A DNA stretch of 32,000 bases from Deinococcus radiodurans R1 = ATCC 13939 = DSM 20539 (GTDB taxonomy: Bacteria > Deinococcota > Deinococci > Deinococcales > Deinococcaceae). A model generated the notes under the pieces. The model saw only the letters and a program-made list of their open reading frames with translations. It made no database searches and was not told the origin of the DNA. Made by a program: the position numbers and the translations under genes. Every line of letters begins with the position of its first letter. Within the stretch, counting starts at the first letter, position 1. The stretch spans positions 2,353,347-2,385,346 of the forward strand of contig NC_001263.1 in NCBI RefSeq assembly GCF_000008565.1, in the 5' to 3' direction. This document shows positions 26,364 through 32,000 of this stretch, piece by piece.

Positions 26364-28130
26364 TCACAACCGGCCCAACGCTTGCAGCCGCGCGTATTCG
26401 CCGCCGAGGGCCAGCAACTCTGCGTGAGAGCCTTCCTCCGCGACGCCGTTTTCCGTCAGGACGACGATACGGTGGGCGTTTCGTACTGTGCTGAGGCGGT
26501 GGGCAATGACCAGCGTGGTGCGCCGGCGGGCCAGCCGTTCCAGCGACTCCTGCACCAGCCGCTCGGATTCGTTGTCGAGACTGCTGGTGGCCTCGTCGAA
26601 AATCAGGATAGGCGGGTCTTTCAGGAACACGCGGGCAATGCTCAGGCGCTGTTTCTGCCCCCCGGAAAGCTTCACGCCGCGCTGCCCGATGTCGGTGTGG
26701 TAGCCCTGGGGCAGCCGCGTGATGAAATCGTGCGCTCCGGCCTGCCGCGCCGCGTCCATGGCCTCGGCTTCCGTCGCGCCGGGCCGCCCATACCGGATGT
26801 TCTCCATCACCGTGCCGGAAAACAGGTACACGTCCTGCTGCACTACGCCCACGCTGCGGCGCAGGCTTGCCAGTGTTACGCCACACACATCGTGGCCGTC
26901 CACCAACACCTGCCCGGCGCTTACGTCGTAAAAGCGCGGAATCAGGGCGCACAACGTGGATTTGCCCACGCCCGAAGCGCCGACCAGCGCGACGAATTCT
27001 CCGGCCCTGATCTTCAGGTTGAGATCGCGCAGCACGGGCGGTGCGTCAGGTGAGTAGCCGAAACTCACGCCCTGAAACTCCACCTCGCCGCGCACGTTCT
27101 GTAGCTCGGCGGCACCCGGCGCGTCCACGATGTCCGGCGTGACCGCCATCATCTCGCGGAAACGCTGGAAGCCGGTCACGCCCTCCTGCAACACCCGCGC
27201 TAGATTTACGAGCCGGCGGATGGGTTCCAGCAGGATGCCCACGCACATCAGATACGTCACCAGCCCGTCTATCCGCAGACCGCCTTGCAGGATGGCCCAG
27301 CCGCCGAACATCAGTACGGCGATGGTCATCAGCCCCGTAAACGCTGTCATGCCCTGGTAGAAATACAGTTCGGCGCGGTATTCGCCCCGGCGGCCTTCCA
27401 CAAACAGGTCGTTGGCCGCGCCGAAACGCCGCGCCTCGGTCCCTTCACCGGTAAACGACTGCACCACCCGGATGCCTGCCAGCGAGTCCTCCACCTGCGC
27501 GTTCACCTCGCCGATGCGCTGGCGGCTTTGCAGGAGCGCGCGGTTGAGCTGCACGTTGAAATACAGCGCGTAGGCCGCCATGAATGGCAGGAATGCCAGC
27601 AGGATCAGCGTGAGTGGCAGGTTGAGGCCCGCCAGAATCACGAACACGCCCACGAACGACACCAGCGCGATAAACAGGTCCTCGGGGCCGTGGTGCGCAA
27701 GTTCGCCAATGTCGTAGAGGTCACCCGTGACGCGGCTCATCAGCTGCCCGGTGCGGTGAGTGTCGTAGAACCCGAAGGGCAGCTTTTGCAGGTGCGCGAA
27801 CAGGTCGCGGCGCATGTCGCGCTCGATAAACGTGCCCATCATGTGGCCCTGATAGTCCAGAAAGCTGTTGGCGGCGACCTGCACGGCCAGCAGGCCCACC
27901 ATCAGCCCGCCCACACGCAGCAATTCGGGCCACGCCTGCTGCGGCGTCAGGGTCAGCACCGTGCGGGTGATGTAGCCGGCACACAGCGGATAGACCAGCG
28001 TGATGCCCGCCACCAGCAGGGCGCACAGCAGGTCGGCGTACAGGGTCAGGCGGTAGGGCCGGTAATAGCCCGCGAAGTGGCGCAGCGCCGCAAAAAATTC
28101 GGATTTGGGTTGCAAAGTTGAGGTCTCCAT
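26364..28130 (-). CDS. ABC transporter, fused permease/ATP-binding exporter (MsbA/multidrug type, 588 aa)
   Basis: Six N-terminal TM helices. Walker A GASGVGKST, signature LSGGQKQR, Walker B ILIFDEATSSLD. Confidence 0.9.
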   Translation of the reverse strand: METSTLQPKSEFFAALRHFAGYYRPYRLTLYADLLCALLVAGITLVYPLCAGYITRTVLTLTPQQAWPELLRVGGLMVGLLAVQVAANSFLDYQGHMMGTFIERDMRRDLFAHLQKLPFGFYDTHRTGQLMSRVTGDLYDIGELAHHGPEDLFIALVSFVGVFVILAGLNLPLTLILLAFLPFMAAYALYFNVQLNRALLQSRQRIGEVNAQVEDSLAGIRVVQSFTGEGTEARRFGAANDLFVEGRRGEYRAELYFYQGMTAFTGLMTIAVLMFGGWAILQGGLRIDGLVTYLMCVGILLEPIRRLVNLARVLQEGVTGFQRFREMMAVTPDIVDAPGAAELQNVRGEVEFQGVSFGYSPDAPPVLRDLNLKIRAGEFVALVGASGVGKSTLCALIPRFYDVSAGQVLVDGHDVCGVTLASLRRSVGVVQQDVYLFSGTVMENIRYGRPGATEAEAMDAARQAGAHDFITRLPQGYHTDIGQRGVKLSGGQKQRLSIARVFLKDPPILIFDEATSSLDNESERLVQESLERLARRRTTLVIAHRLSTVRNAHRIVVLTENGVAEEGSHAELLALGGEYARLQALGRL

Positions 28131-28401
28131 AGAGGCGCGGGGCGGCGCGTCCGGGCGACCTGTGAAGCGTCTAGAACATCACACCACTCAGGCCGCATGG
28201 AACGCCAGCACCTCCGCGCAGGGGGGCTTTGACTTCGGGGTCAGCAGGGCGGTGTGTTCTCATGGGTGAACTCCTGAGGTAAAGCGGGATGTGCAGGCAG
28301 GATAAGGGACAATTGAGGGCAGGGAAATAAGCCAAAGGGCTTAAAAGGACCGGTGGCGCAGCCCAATATTTGTTGCGTCCCAGACGCTCGCGTGCAGCGG
28401 C

Positions 28402-28623
28402 CTAGCGCTCGTTGCCCCGCTTGAAATTGCCGGTGACCCGCGCCATGACCAGTTGCGCTTCGTGGTCACCTAGTCCCTCCACGCGGGCCAGGAACTTCTG
28501 GGCGTCTTTACCCGCCAGTGTGGTCACGGGCCGCCCATACCACGTCACCACGACGCGCCCGTCTTTTTGCTGGCGGTAACTGTAGCGTCCGTCCTCCAGT
28601 TCTCCACGGGCGTCGGTGGGCAT
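28402..28623 (-). CDS. Small conserved hypothetical protein (73 aa)
   Basis: MPTDARGELEDGRYSYRQQKDGRVVVTWYGRPVTTLAGKDAQKFLARVEGLGDHEAQLVMARVTGNFKRGNER. The C-terminal ARVTGNFKRGNER resembles a widely distributed small protein family I recall but cannot name. ATG 28623 is preferred over TTG 28629. Confidence 0.55.
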   Translation of the reverse strand: MPTDARGELEDGRYSYRQQKDGRVVVTWYGRPVTTLAGKDAQKFLARVEGLGDHEAQLVMARVTGNFKRGNER

Positions 28624-28679
28624 GGACAAAACGATAACGGAGACGCCAACCGGACGCCTCCGCCACCCGACTTAGAGAC

Positions 28680-30782
<2,103 letters not shown>

Positions 30783-30803
30783 GGGATTAGCTCCTAGAGA
30801 TAG

Positions 30804-31760
30804 TCAAATTCTTTGTGTTGTAAGTGCCAATTTCCAAAGCATGCCATTGTCGCCTATAACCAGTTCGCGACAAGCCTCATAATCTGCTCTGGTGAGAACT
30901 TCTGTATGTGCTGCACGGTTGCGAAAATCGCGGGTCAGCTTAGTAATCTGAGTGTAGAGTCCATTAATATCACTAATCCAAGATGAACGCGGCCAATCTT
31001 GGAAAAGGTTAAACATTTCTTTTACAACTTGACTAGTTGAGCGACGGCTAATACTGTTCAGCAACGTTTGAAGGAAATGAGCGAATGTTCCCATCTCGGG
31101 TGCTTTACCTTCCCCCGACAAAAATTTAGCTATCCTACCTAGATCTTTATCAGATTTGTCAATGGACAAATTTGTTTCAGAGAGGCGTTTTGAGAGCGGG
31201 TAAAGTATTTTAATAGTTACTTCTGTTTCAAAAGCTTTACACAAGCCAATTATTACTGGCGACCAGTCTAAATCTTCTGGCATGTTCTCTGCTAAATGCT
31301 CAGAAGTAGCTAAAAAACGGAGTGAATTATCAGAAATATGTTGAGCTCTACTGTCTCTAATCTCATATATTTTTTCCAATTCACTGATCTTATTCTTATT
31401 ATAGATCGATAAAAGCAGATCTGCTAACGCTTCTGCCTTTTCACCATCATCTTGATGACCCCTTTTAATTTCCCAGACAGACAGCAAGAATCCGTAACAG
31501 CCATTGCAAAGTGTTTTTTCCCAGTCCCCACGATAAAGAGTTATAAGTTTTGCCTTTTTCTCTTCGCCACAGCGAAAGCACTGAAAAGCGGTGGCGAGAC
31601 TTAAACGATATTGCTGTAGAGGGCCCCGTGTAGGATACGTCTTGACTATCTCTTCAAAACTGGGCTTACGCATTCTCTCCTCGCTTTCGCTCAGCTGGAA
31701 TAAGGAAGGGCTTACATCCAATAAATATGGGCCACAAGCCTTTCTCTGCTTATGGCCCAT
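30804..31760 (-). CDS. Low-GC foreign gene: zinc-ribbon plus HEPN-like (R-x4-H) domain protein (318 aa; 289 aa if it starts at ATG 31673)
   Basis: It is the only long ORF in a roughly 40% GC block and uses A/T-rich codons. The zinc ribbon is CFRCG-x20-CNGC. The helical C-terminal domain ends in TRDFRNRAAHTEVLTRADYEA (R-N-x3-H, HEPN-like). ATG 31673 has a GAGGAG SD. ATG 31760 has none and sits inside a hairpin. Confidence 0.7.
   Translation of the reverse strand: MGHKQRKACGPYLLDVSPSLFQLSESEERMRKPSFEEIVKTYPTRGPLQQYRLSLATAFQCFRCGEEKKAKLITLYRGDWEKTLCNGCYGFLLSVWEIKRGHQDDGEKAEALADLLLSIYNKNKISELEKIYEIRDSRAQHISDNSLRFLATSEHLAENMPEDLDWSPVIIGLCKAFETEVTIKILYPLSKRLSETNLSIDKSDKDLGRIAKFLSGEGKAPEMGTFAHFLQTLLNSISRRSTSQVVKEMFNLFQDWPRSSWISDINGLYTQITKLTRDFRNRAAHTEVLTRADYEACRELVIGDNGMLWKLALTTQRI
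31727..31760 (-). terminator. Terminator-like hairpin immediately after paaD
   Basis: The minus-strand RNA reads AUGGGCCAUAAG, a 10-nt loop, CUUGUGGCCCAU (12 bp including one G-U), followed by AUUUAUU. On the plus strand the same position is a C-A mismatch. Confidence 0.4.
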
Positions 31761-31771
31761 AACTTATAGCT

Positions 31772-32000
<229 letters not shown>

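Overview
High-GC (about 65-70% by eye) bacterial chromosomal segment. The gene content and several protein sequences point to Deinococcus, probably D. radiodurans or a close relative: an L-lactate dehydrogenase, an intein-containing class II ribonucleotide reductase, a bacillithiol-type deacetylase and a GreA/Gfh-like paralogue. That assignment is from memory and is not verifiable here. Most of the window is densely packed housekeeping and metabolic genes: pheS-GNAT-NUDIX-pheT, a TPR protein, agmatine deiminase, a large acyl-CoA dehydrogenase, a Crp/Fnr regulator, usp-ldh-bshB1, rpmF, a Kef-type antiporter, a TRIC-family channel, lpdA, a hypothetical-pth-DUF4126 operon, nrdJ, a GreA-like factor, TetR, an SRPBCC protein, an ABC exporter and paaZ/paaD. 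I saw no rRNA, tRNA, CRISPR array or IS element.

Stand-out observations:
1. A gene-sized low-GC island sits exactly between paaD and paaZ. It encodes a zinc-ribbon protein with a HEPN-like R-x4-H motif, a candidate single-gene defence or abortive-infection RNase. This is the best candidate for something new.
2. nrdJ is interrupted at the NPC|GE active-site cysteine by a 366-aa LAGLIDADG intein.
3. The nrdJ / hypothetical-pth intergenic region holds a roughly 105-nt structured RNA candidate whose helices fold better on the minus strand.
4. A second, smaller low-GC islet after nrdJ carries two translationally coupled small ORFs and elaborate hairpins.
5. A zf-UBP gene carries a 1-nt frameshift.
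6. A coding-looking ORF after tetR has no canonical start codon.
7. Two pairs of tandem direct repeats lie in a divergent promoter region.
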